Shown here: piece after piece, positions 24,101 to 36,200 of the stretch | How the letters are laid out: every line of letters begins with the position of its first letter | How positions within the stretch are numbered: position 1 is the first letter of the stretch | Source of the DNA: Phoronis australis | Taxonomy: Eukaryota > Animalia > Phoronida | DNA: 64,000 bases | Assembly: GCA_002633005.1 (NCBI GenBank) | Contig: NMRA01000018.1 | Coordinates: forward strand, 381,846 to 445,845 | Direction of reading: 5' to 3' | Program-made: the position numbers and the translations under genes | The notes under the pieces: generated by a model | The model's database searches: none | Seen by the model: only the letters and a program-made list of their open reading frames with translations | Told to the model about the DNA's origin: nothing

Positions 24101-26336
24101 AAAAACAAGTTTCTCGCCTCGCACGGCCCTGTAAGTCAATTATGTCATTACAGTAGCTCAATTGCGAGTTTCCAGTTAGTCAATGTGACGTCACCGGAAG
24201 AAGGTCAAAACCCGCCATATTGTTCTTGTTTTGCCCGAGTCTTCGATACACCCCGAAATCTTACTGGAGTTCTTATGGTGAATTTTGCGCTTAAAACGTT
24301 AACATGATTTAAGGGATTGTGGAATAGCTGTGAATGGACGAAGAAAATGTGAACTTGTTATGTTGTACGAAACTGAAATTGGACCTCGACCCGGTCTAGG
24401 CCTGAATGCCGCAGGCATACAGGGGCGATAGTATATCCCCACAAAAAGTTACTCATTTCAAACTACAGCAAATAAAATCAATTGCAACATGCATATGTGA
24501 ACATGGAGTTATAATTAGCACATACCCTGACTCTGGGAACAATCTAGGCTACAAATAACTTGAACATATCCACGAAAACCTCGCGGTTCGCTCGAGTTTC
24601 TCTCACCGGGCGCCATTTTGAGGAAGTTACGTCAAATCACGCCTGTTGACGAACAAAAAGACCAAGGGACACAAATCTTACAAATTTCACTTGATGTTTT
24701 CCCCATGCTATTGTGCAAGTGTCGCGCGCCATGTCAGGCGCTTCGCTCAGTCTGGCGCTAGCCTTTGCCTCATACTCACCTGACTCAGCTGAAATACGTT
24801 GTGGTTATCGCGCGCGTGGTCAAAGTTAACAGTAAGCAAAAAGTGGAGTTGGAATTCCTCGTCAAAGTCACCTGAATTCCCGTAGCTATGCTTCATCGAA
24901 GATATGGTTAGAAGCAGAAAGGGTCACTGAAGAAAGTAAGCGCCTTTTTAGGTGATAATTTTAGGTGTATAATGTATTTTGACGAGGTGAAATCTTAATC
25001 AGTGAGCGGATTTCGCCTATCGCCCGTTTAAAATTCACGGGACGAAATTATTACGCAACACGATGTAACGTATTGTAGTGCGAATCTAAATTTCATTTGC
25101 CATAACAGCAATGCTTGTTCGGCATTTTTCACACTAATAGAAAAAAAAAACTCGAAGTAAACAACAGAATACACTCCGCTACCGTATCGGGCAAATGGCC
25201 AAACGACAAGCTTTGCCCCACTTCCGGTGACGTTACGATTAAGTCTCACATAATCTCGCGTTATTGTTATAAACTCGCAAAAGGATCTTGTCTTCAAACA
25301 AAATTTATTTGGAATAGAATAGAATGTGGACAGAACTAATGCTAAATAAAGGAAAATAGTGTACTCATTGTACAAAACACTTGCACTTAAAATTATACAT
25401 AACAATAATGTACTATTTGAAAATGTTGGCCCCTTGCATCATCAGATGACTCCCAGCTGGGGATCAAAGCGATTTCATGACCATCACCTGCGTCTACTAA
25501 ATGCAAGTTAGCGTCTCTCAGTAAAATCGCATGCAGCCATGATAAGACCATCAGCCATTATACTCATGCTAAAAATCCTTTAATTACACACACACACACC
25601 TTATGGTCGCACTCACATAAAATCATATCTGACGAACAGAGTACTTCACCGTGTGAACGGTGAGGAATCTGTTCCTGGGACTAGAGTTTTGGCGTTTTAC
25701 GTGGCATGGGTATGGGGATTTGTTCTGTGGGTTTTGTATCTGCTGGTTTAGGGGGTTTGGAGAATGGTACTTTAATTTAGAGATGCAGCCATGGAATCGT
25801 TACTACCCCCCTGTCCTAGGCTCAGTACTCTATCACAAACTCAGGATATTGAACATCACAATATCAGAATGTCACGCAGGAAACTTATTTCTCGTAAGCA
25901 ATTGATGTCGTCGTTTGTACGAAATCGTGCATCTACGTGTTGAACATAATCTCCCCGACGAGAAAAATGTAAAAACCAAGCTTGACGAAGTCATGAATCA
26001 CTATGACTCGACCTCAGGTTTGAAATTGAACACATCTCACAAGGATTAGTATAGACAAGTACAAGGCTACGTTGACTTCAAATGACTCATGATAGCGACA
26101 TAAAGTTGAGAGAATTGAGGTTCAGAACAAATTAAACTAGTTGTTTTCGAGTAAAAATCAAGCACTATGCTTTCCAAATGTGTACCCGTTCTGATTCCTT
26201 GTGTTTAGCTGACAACTTCAAGTCCCAAAACACCTAACTCACCTCGATCGTTGTGCTGAACATCTTGCTCTTCCGTCAGCTGGTTCGTGTGCATTATGGG
26301 TAATGTCTCGTCGCATAAATAATGATGTTTCGCAGA

Positions 26337-27190
26337 AAGTGTACACAACATGACTCTAGTACCTCAAAATAAATTTTATTATTATATCTTACTTGATTTC
26401 AGTGCCTTTAGTGCACAGCTTATAAAGAAACACGCAAAAAATTGAGAAAATAATAATCATGTACAACGTCATGGGTTGAACCCAAGTCGTTCGCCATACT
26501 GTTCGGATCAGAGACAAAGTGTATAGAGTGAAGTGAAAGCAAAGTACATTTAGCGTCGAAAGCTGGTTCGTAGAGGGATCAAAAGATGTGATTCCGGAGG
26601 CTGCAGCAACAGCAGCCAGGCAGAAAACGTCTCGGTGTTCCGAAGGACACCAAAGTTACGCAGAAGTGGCATCGCTTCGCGCGCCGAAAGAGAGTGTGGG
26701 ACCTCATCGTGGACGAAGCGATTCGGTCCGGGGCCACTCTGTGTTCTGCCCATTTTTGAGGACTCGTGTTTCGACTCCAGTCACAGGAGATGTTACGATG
26801 AAGGCCTGGTTCAATAAAGGACAATATTTATCATTCAGAAACATCGGCTCATTAAACTTGTTCTCGCTTTCGTGCAACCCCATTTCCTCATTCTGGCCGC
26901 CATTCCCGTACGTTTCTTCATAGTATTCATTCAATTCTTGCTCATAATCGTCGTCGCTTTCAAATTCACTGCTCTCCGCCATTGTTCAATGCTAGTCACT
27001 GATCTCTTGTGTTCAACCCATGACGTCACATGGCGGGAAATGTGAAAATTGGCAAAATTGAAAGAAAAATCAAAATTTCGAGCTAATTACACAAAATAAA
27101 CATGGGTTTAGCTAAATTTTACGTCATACATTTATTCTGTGGCCACCGGTAATTCAAAATGTGCAAAAATCCATGGTGTGTAATGTTGAA
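26337..27190. mobile_element. Non-autonomous DNA transposon (Kolobok-like) with terminal and subterminal inverted repeats and a decayed acidic ORF
   Basis: GTACACAACATG (26341) pairs with CATGGTGTGTA (~27172). Inner inverted repeat ACGTCATGGGTTGAAC (26466) / GTTCAACCCATGACGT (27011). The right end matches 15610-15768. Contains the 26704-26982 minus ORF. Confidence 0.5.
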
Positions 27191-27944
27191 GGTCCCCCCA
27201 CTTTTTATAAATTATAAAAAATTAATAGTAAAATAACAGGAGTGTGTAGATTGCTGTAATTTCCGAAAAGTGTTAATTTTAATATCTTTCGACTGATACA
27301 CCTCATTTTGTGATCTAAATAGGTGAAAGTAAAGGAAATGGTATCTTTAAGCAGAAGTCTGAAGACCCATTTTCAGTTTAGCACACAGATGCATTAATTT
27401 TCTAAGGGCGCATGGAAGGCAATTCACATTTTGTCACGCGAGTCGTTAAATTATTGCTGTAGCCTGTTTTTGACAGATTCAATTGGGAACCCCGTCGCTG
27501 AGGTCCGAAACAACGGAATTTCGCGTATTGAATGGTACACCACGGATTACGCCTTTACGCTTTCAGGGACTTTATTTCAGTTAAATTTTAAGTAACAAAA
27601 ATATTTTAATCACACAAGCCTATTTATTTGTTGAACAATACATCACCTGGAAACTTTTCTCTTTTTGTCATTGGTCATTCCAAGCCCTGGCTTTGCGTGT
27701 GATAGTGGAGGTTTTCAGAGCCAAATTTATTCACTTTTCGATAAACGCATGGAAATTGGTGTACTTGTCAATTATGATGTGCGTATCACAATTAAGCTTA
27801 ACTACCCATCGCCATTACCATGTTACAGGGCTGCTGTCGCCTTTTTCATTGAAAATTATTTCTTAAATAAACTCCTTGCTACTCTTTGTGTATAATTAAA
27901 TGAGTTAAAATCATGATTTTACAATTGAAAAAAAAATACCTGGT

Positions 27945-28180
27945 ATAGTTTCTATATAACTGCAGGCGGCCTGGTGCACATTCTACTAGATGTGCGCTGA
28001 GTGCTTAGATGGGACCATTGCACTGATCACTTGAAACCATTTTATGCTGTATACTTAAAACCGAGCTGAAGAGCTAGAGACATGACTGAAGTGCCAAACT
28101 GTGTGTCCCTATGAGACTCGAAACCCACGACTTTGAGCAAAGGAATTAAGCTGAACACTTATCTCACTATGTCACTCTGT
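27945..28180 (-). mobile_element. Possible decayed tRNA-derived SINE (second copy ~56745-56990)
   Basis: The minus strand has an A-box-like TGACATAGTGAG and a B-box-like GGTTTCGAGTC at tRNA-like spacing, with no cloverleaf. Confidence 0.3.
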
Positions 28181-29954
28181 CTCTTCAAACTTTACATCAA
28201 ACTTTATTTAGTGGCCTCCATTCTTACTGGTTTATCAAAAAAACTAGGCTTTGTCCTTAACTAGTAAAAGTATATACTTACCGAAAGAAAAAAGATCGGG
28301 GAATACACAAATATGTTTTATATTTATGTGCCATTATTATCATCATCATTATTATTATCATTATGTTCACACCCGTTTTAAGTCAAAATTTTATGTTTAA
28401 GAAAGGTACATTCATAGCAATATAACCCCTCGGTCTATTGTAATGAAACCCTCTTTCAATGAAAACTTCACCAGTTACCAAAAAAACGCTGTTAGGAATT
28501 TTCGGATTAGCCCTTTAGTTTGATTTTATGACAAATCAACTCGCAAAACGTAAGGTATTCATTTTGGAAAAAAATGGACGTCGTATCGTCTTAGTTACGT
28601 TATGCAAAAACTAGGCCATTATATCGTTTTTGAGATTGATTGATAATATCAAGTTTGGAAAATTTCAGCGATATCCACAAAAGCTGTTTTCGTGGATTCG
28701 TGTTCCTAAGTTCAAATTAAGTCGATTTTCCGAAGCCTAGGAAAAGCCGATTATGTGGCAATACGTGAAAATCTCAAGGACTTCGGTTAATTATTCGGTG
28801 AAAACTTGTTTTTGGTCAGTGTAACCTATACATCCTTTATCCGTTTTCATTATTTCAACTAATCATTCGCGCAGTGTAAACTGAATCTGCAGTGCTTAAT
28901 TAACTTAATTATCACAAAAACGTTTTATCAGTCAAGTCAATTCACAATGCATCGAATCCAACTAGGTCGTGCTGGAGGGGCCAGCATATTAAGTGGGACA
29001 AGCTGGTGTATTGTGGTCCACTTTAAAGTAGGTCAACATTTCATTTTTATACACACCAGTCGCCGGGAGATTTACGTGTAACCCAAGTACGAAATGCATA
29101 GCAGAAGTCGAACCAGTGATTAAAGTGCGTCGCGAGCATGAAATTGAAACAGCAAAGTGTCAAATTGCCTATCAAAATAAAGAACTTGAGTGAGGATTTA
29201 TCTCTTCACAACTTGCTGTGTTCGTGAACACCACGTCACGGGTGTGAGGCGAAGCGTCACTTCACTTTTCCACCATTTTGTCCAAAATTGGCTGAATTTT
29301 GTTTATTTTACATTCTTGCAGTAAGAGAAGATCTTGACAGGACCGATCCAGAAATATCAGTTCCAAATTGTATTTTATTACAGAACGGTTTTCAGTCTCT
29401 TCAAGAGTTTTAAGTACTCACACGAAAGTTTTGAAAGAAAACAAATCAGATGTTTAGTAGTGATGACGTATCTGCCACTAAATGACGCGAGTTGGACCCG
29501 AAATAGAAATGCACAGGTCACATCACATTTCCAAAAATCTTGCAGGCTTTGGTCTTATTTCTGATTCTCGTAACCACGGGGCAATTTAGAAACTGAAATG
29601 TGTACTAACTTGGATTAACCGCCGGTGTGCTTCGACAACATTTGCACCCACTGTATGTTCCTGGGGAGTTCAACCAGTGAGCTTTGCGACTGACAAGGTC
29701 TATGGCCAGGTAATAAATTTTCGAAGTGCTAAGTAATTTACGGAGCTCCGTAAATCCGTTTTTAGTTTTGGCATTTTTATTTTATTTGACTGGGTTAATA
29801 ACGTCAAAATGACGTCACGTTAAGTATTTTCAGTTCATATACTTTCATAGCTATGCCCGTCCTCTCCCCCCACCAACCGCTGTAACATTCGCGGTGCAGA
29901 CTTGGACACATTTCAACGTAATATGAAAACGCTACCAAATATTTTATTACTTTA

Positions 29955-30057
29955 TTAAATCAGTTTTTGGCCACAATAAGATCAAAAACCGTACAATCGC
30001 CGCACAAATAAAAAAGAACTTTTTTATTTGTGCGGCGATTGTCCGGTTTTTGATTTC
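29955..30057. mobile_element. ~100-bp hairpin insertion in the 3' UTR of sulfatase copy A
   Basis: Long stem AATAAGATCAAAAACC...CACAAATAAAAAAG / CTTTTTTATTTGTG...GGTTTTTGAT, flanked by a direct repeat ATTACTTTA (29946-29954, 30058-30066). Absent at the homologous site of copy B (~58480). Confidence 0.75.
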
Positions 30058-30084
30058 ATTACTTTAGTGTTCAGCGATTGGACA

Positions 30085-30257
30085 TTAACACCATCCGGGT
30101 GACCACACTCCATTAAAGTTTTCTGGGTTTGAGGCTGGAGACACTGGCGGGAAGTTGGCGGGTACCATCTCCATGACGTATTGGTTCAGGCGTTCGCGCA
30201 TTCTCTTGGCCACCTCAGGTTTTTCACTGATCAGATTCACTCTCTCCTCTGGATCCT
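30085..30257 (-). CDS. Sulfatase A exon 11 (last)
   Basis: EDPEERVNLISEKPEVAKRMRERL...SNPENFNGVWSPGWC followed by the stop codon. Confidence 0.9.
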
Positions 30258-33200
30258 CTGAAAGGCGAAACAGAGGCCACAGTGAAGCAAAGCTCTCAGA
30301 GGGGTTAGGCGAAGTTTATATTTACTCCGCCAAACTACCGCAGTTAAACTGTTCATTACAAAAATCTAATCGTCGCAAACAATGTTGTCGTTGTGTGTTA
30401 CCATTGCTTCAAATTTCTGTCAAGAGACGCTCAAGGCCACGTCCAAGACCAGTCTGTACTCTTAGACTAAACTGTCCTTCAAGTTGCTGTCAACGAAATG
30501 CGCCTTGTCTGAGCAGCCATAACTTAAATTTCGATTAATGTCAGAAGCTCAGTGCGTTTTCTCTGAATCAGTTAAAATGAATCAGTGCCAAATAGAGTGT
30601 GTGTCGTCCTTTTTACTAGTAGATCTGGGATGCATTCAACGAGAGTCACTCACGTGTCAAATTGCGTCAGATCACGTTGTTTGAAATACGTCGAGTGACA
30701 TAAGAATGGAACGCGCCTTGCGTCACCTTAATTGTGATGAGTCATTTCGGACCTGTTGGCGCGCCAATGACGCGGTTGGCCAGTTGTCGAACACGTATCA
30801 ATCGTCTTAAAAGAACCTATCAAAGTTACGGTTATAATTGTGTGTTGAACTAACCAATTGCATTGACCTTCCTTCAGATATGATACGATTTACAATTGCA
30901 ACAACCAACGGCGTGAAGGTGAACAATCTATTTCAGGTCTCTTGAACTCTTCTGACGTTCTTAGAGAAAGCTGGATACTACAACAATCATCACTTCCAAT
31001 ACTTTCGCTGTCCAGCCTATTTTCGCTACTTCGGAAGTCCACGAATTTCTTTCAAATGTTTCTGAATTTTTTCGTGTCGTGTCATTTCCAAAGTGTCCGA
31101 CACGGCAAATCGCATCTAGGTAGATTACGATTGTTTCAAATAATATGAGTGTGCACGTAAACTTGTCTCTTATAGATCAGTGCGAACTGGGAGGGCAGGT
31201 GACTTTTTTGGATGGCCAAGTATCGGCTCAGTCGGCACATCTGAGTATACGTCATCACTGATCGGACCAAAACGACTTATTTTTTTAAACCATAACGTAG
31301 AATTGTCGTGAGGACTTGACAGGGACCTCAGGGGTATCGTGCTCCACTGATTTATATACACTAGTTTGGAAAGGCTTTGCCCAGTTACACATTTTGTGTA
31401 ATGAAAGAGATAATGATACCTACAGCTAACGCGGCAAGTAGAACTAGTCTCGTTTATTACATTGGTGTAGACTCACAGTAAGACTGTTATTTTCTGTTGA
31501 GCCGAGACCGTCGGCGGAGTTACACCATATACCAACTCCGGACGGTCTCTCACGACGATTTAGCGTTATGTAAAATTGGTCGGTATTTGACGTTCTTAGA
31601 AATTAGTTTTCGAGTCAAGTACGACAGACCTAATTATATTTGGATGAGTCCAAATTACTCGCCACAACTGAAGGTGACGCTGAGCAGGTTCCATGCTTGG
31701 GAAGGCTTTAATTGCGTGCTTACCTGCTGACAAGTTGTGGGCCGCGTTCATTTGACGCAAGAAGTTAGCAGAAACCCGGTATAAAACAAATCTTCGCCAG
31801 AAATCGCCATGTATTAGAAGCAAAGCACTCTGTCTTACTAACTTTTCTCGCGAATGTGTTGAGTTGGGAAGAGAACCTGGCAATTTGCAGTGAGACTGTG
31901 GACAGGAACGATTTCTCTTTAAACATATTCCAACCGTTTCAGTACGTAGACTCAAATTTTTGCTAGAACTGGTCTGCATAACATGCCGCGTTCCGTGGAC
32001 GCAAAAACGCAAGACATCGGGAAATATCACTACGTATTGCAAGGGAAGCTCGTGACAAGTCTAGCACCCTTCACGAGATTCTAGATCGCGAGCCATAAAA
32101 TGTCAGCGTGCATTCTACTAGCGCCATCTTGTGTGAACTCTCGCCAAACTTGCAAGATTGCTAACGTAATACATTCAACGCTGATTGAAAGTAAGATGAA
32201 TGCTTGAATCTCGTCCCTATTTACCAGCTAAATTAAACAACAGGTCTGTGGTCGTGCTCCGGCGCTTTCGTTTCAATTTCTTGCCGCAGCCATTTGCATC
32301 ATCTTGCGTAAACTCCGGCGGAATAAACCAATCGTCTGATTCCGGATAAAAGAAAGCTGGGTTACACACAAGCAATTTGTAGTCACCACACCTGAAATTT
32401 TCAACAAACGAAAGCATTTAAACTTGAAATTATCCACGAGTCTACAACATTGACCCGCATGGCGCTTATATTTGTGCGCACGATACCTTCCCAATCCCTG
32501 CACGGGGCTAAAACATCACTGATGAAATATGTTAGTGTTGCACAAACATTTGAAGTTTGCAGTTTCATTACTGATGTCAGGTGAAATGCTGTTAGGCAGC
32601 CGCATTAGAGACCGCTCACCACTCACATGAACCTCGTGTGACTTAATTTAATTGGGTAAACAAAACTTGAAATTTACGAATAAAAGCTTAATAAATGCTT
32701 TTCATGGAGAGAAGAATTTGTGTTGTGTTGTATATCCTGACGAAGAACAATTGTGTAGGCCAACAGACATTTCATACCTTATCGCCGCTCTGAGTGGTCC
32801 GCTAGTGAAGTTGTTTATGTTGTAAACAAACTCAGTTCTGTTTGAAACGTCGCCGTTTAAAATGAGTTGCGACTGGTCAAAGCCATCAACATTAGCTGGA
32901 GCTGTACCCCCTCCGAGACCAATGATGGTCGAAAACCAGTCGGTTGCATGGATCATGCTGAAAAAAGACAACAACTCGAGGAAAAAGCAAAATCTTTTTA
33001 ATTTTATTAAGATTTTACCTTTGTGAAGAGATTCAAACACGAACAAAAACGTTGACTTGCTTCTTGAACTCTATACTGTGCGCACTCCCAGCCTAAAAAA
33101 TGGAGGGGGGGGGGCGCTCGAATTTTAGAGAATATGGACCTTTTACTAAAGTTTCTTGGCGAACGTTCAGAGTTATGAATTGTGCATTCGCCGAATATTG

Positions 33201-36200
33201 ATAGTTCATTACTTTTTAATGGACTTGTGTCTCGTTTTCAAATTTTTTCGGAGTTTTTGTTTCTATGAGGCGGACCTTTTTGCCCACTTCGTCAAACGGG
33301 CCCCCCGAGCCCGCTGGGTGCGCGCATGTATATACTGTATACGCTATTTGTAGATTCAAGTTCATTCCTTTGACTAATTGTGTTACTATAGTAGGCCTTT
33401 ATAATTGTGAAACAAGTACTTCATTCTCACATGCTCAGGTACAGGGTAACAAGAAATGCTTTCCTCTTCATGTCAACCCTATATTCCACCTTTCATTTCA
33501 ACTTATATTTTACCTGAAACCTGTCCAGTGCAAAAAATATACGTGGTCGCCAGTCCACCACCACTCCACGGTGGCAAAAAATCCCGCTTGACACCCTTTT
33601 GGAAACTTCTGGCTATACCACTGATAACTACCTGAACTAGAATTGACTTACAGACATTTTTTTCTCAAATTAACTTGGAGGGTATGTCGTGAATATTTGG
33701 AGGTACTAACACTAATCATGACAATCTTTTTAATACAGGTAACTTTTCATATACGCGCTTTCTAGAGTAATGAGATCACGAAATTGACTTCTGCTTGCAC
33801 CTGACGAAGATTTGGTGGACAGAAATACAATTTATACGTTGATTTCATTAATTTAAGAGCAGAAGCATAAGTTTCACTGTCAGTCCCTCTCATTGTTTGA
33901 TCACTTTAAGCTCACCGATTCAGTTTAGCTTTTTGATTCCGTCTGAGATCGAAGTTCTCCCTCTTTATCAAAAGGGACTGCAATACTTTCAATCGCAGCA
34001 CATCGTGCTTTACGAACAAAATTGACGTGTTTTCAACAATTTCTTGACGGGATTGAAAGTATTGGAGTCCCTTTTGATTGCATTTAAGGAGCGTGTTTTG
34101 AATGAGGAGCAAGTAGGGTCGCTCCGCACGTTACACTTGTTTGCATGACTTTCATGTCCCCCCCCCCTTCATTTGTCATTCTTTGCAGTATTTCGCACCT
34201 ACCGTGTCCCACTGTGTATGTCTCCAGCTTATGCTCTGTGGCATTTCCGCGTCATTTTATTTCCACTTGAGAATGAAATAAGTATGTTTCAAATTATTGT
34301 GCGTCTTTTAATCATGCCTCTTGGTTAGTTGCTTCACCAATGTTCTGTTGAGTGTAGAACTTTGTTCCGAGGATACGAACGGAACGGAACAAAGACTGTT
34401 AATAACGACAAGCGTCGTGTATTTAATCAATTTTGCATAATATTACCCTTTCCCTGAGACATTAGTACATCTCACCTCGCTGGCATTATGATAACAGGAA
34501 AGGCGTTTTCAAAAACGCTGTTTTTACCAATGAAACCTCTCGTCCGCATTGCATGGGGTCTGTGGGTGGCGCTCAACGCCAAAGACCTGATCGCCGTCTG
34601 GAGGGACAGTTAACTTCAATATCATGGTGGTGTGGCTATTTCAAAAATCACCTCTGAGTACCAATATGGTGTAAATTAGGTCGCTGAATAGAAATCTCAA
34701 TCTTCAAACCCCGAATACCGGTAAGTTAGAGCTCGCGAATCTTCCTGTTGAAGCGATCAGTGAAATCCATTCAGCCCATTCTCTACTGCCGGGAGAGGTA
34801 ACTGTTTTTTAAACCCGAAAACGAAGCACCCGAAAACAACCAAAATAGTGGTTTTTCTAACATAACTCTGAATAGGCTTCAAAACTGAGCTGTGAACACG
34901 ACGTCCTCTGTCAGAAAGGCAAACTTATATTTCGACCAGTTACCCTTATAAAATTTCTCTCAACTGGTTTCTTAGTCATATGGATGTGTATTTGACAGAC
35001 CATGCTCAGCTCATAGATGGGAGGCAACTAAACTAAGCTATTGAGCCTGTCCTCGAATAATTATAACGAATTGTGAGTTCTTCCCAAGTACAGCAATTAA
35101 TTTTGACCTGAGTAAGGAAAATGATGAGACCAACGGTAATACTGACCCGAATAAAAGTCGGAAACACAACCTCAAGCACACAACTACGATTTTTATTGGG
35201 GTGATATGATTCACAAATTTTTGCTTCGTGTTTCGGTGACGATTTGTGGCTTGCGGTATTTCATTTTTTGTATATTTCATCTGTCAGAACACTACTCAGG
35301 TTGGTGAACTGCTGAACTAACGACTAAACGGTTACATATATAAAACTAGAGTTTCAAAATTCAACAACTCCAGTTAGTAACCAAAATTGAATTTCTTTTC
35401 GGTTAACCGTCAACTTACCCATCGTGAGTGTATCCCGTTTTGGTTAAAAGGGGACTGTGTGCGAAACCAATTGTTCTTGTTCCACCTTCAAATAATGTTA
35501 TTTTTTCGCCTCTCAATGGATAATTGTAACCTTTACCTCCTCTTGACACTACCCTCTCCCCTCCGTTCTGGAATAAAACCCGAGAAATTGAATCTGTTTT
35601 GTTTCTCTACTTCAAAATTTGCATTTCTCAGCAAGACAAATCCACAAAAAATACATAAGAAAATACATAAGAACACAATGTCTTAGTCTATATAGTAGAC
35701 CTGGACCTGTGTTAGACTGGAAGGGTGGTCAATTATGTTGAAGACTTCAACTCTGTTGAAACACGCACATTTCAACATCGTGAACGAGACAACGTCTTGC
35801 AAAAAAAGTAAATGAGAGTTGTTCTAGAGTTCTTGTGTCTTCGACTTACGAATCGCTTGAGCGTGCTCGCTAAAAGGATTTTTCTCAACGATACAATTCT
35901 ATTCTGAACCTTTTACTTATGGACAGAATGTCTTTCTCAGGGTCTGTATTTCCTTTCTCACCCACAATTTGATTTTACTTTATTTCTGTTTCTGTTGACG
36001 AAAGACGTTAATGTATCCGACAATTTCAGTTGATCCATTCTTGTTGTTTTATTTACCTATATATGTTCTACATTTCGTGAACAATAGTATCCTTAAGAGG
36101 ATCTGGATCGCCTTATTTAGTTTCAGATTTATTTTCTACGTTATTTAGGATAAACTTAGCAACGTAAAATGTAACAACTGTTACATTTTACGAAATTGTT

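Noticed and set aside
28100-28180. tRNA gene
   Set aside because: A/B-box-like motifs only, with no acceptor stem or cloverleaf; at most a SINE head.
30155-30538. Plus-strand ORF conserved in both duplicates (also 35387-35686, 58585-58863, 62714-62971)
   Set aside because: Antisense shadows of sulfatase exons; the similarity is explained by the duplication.
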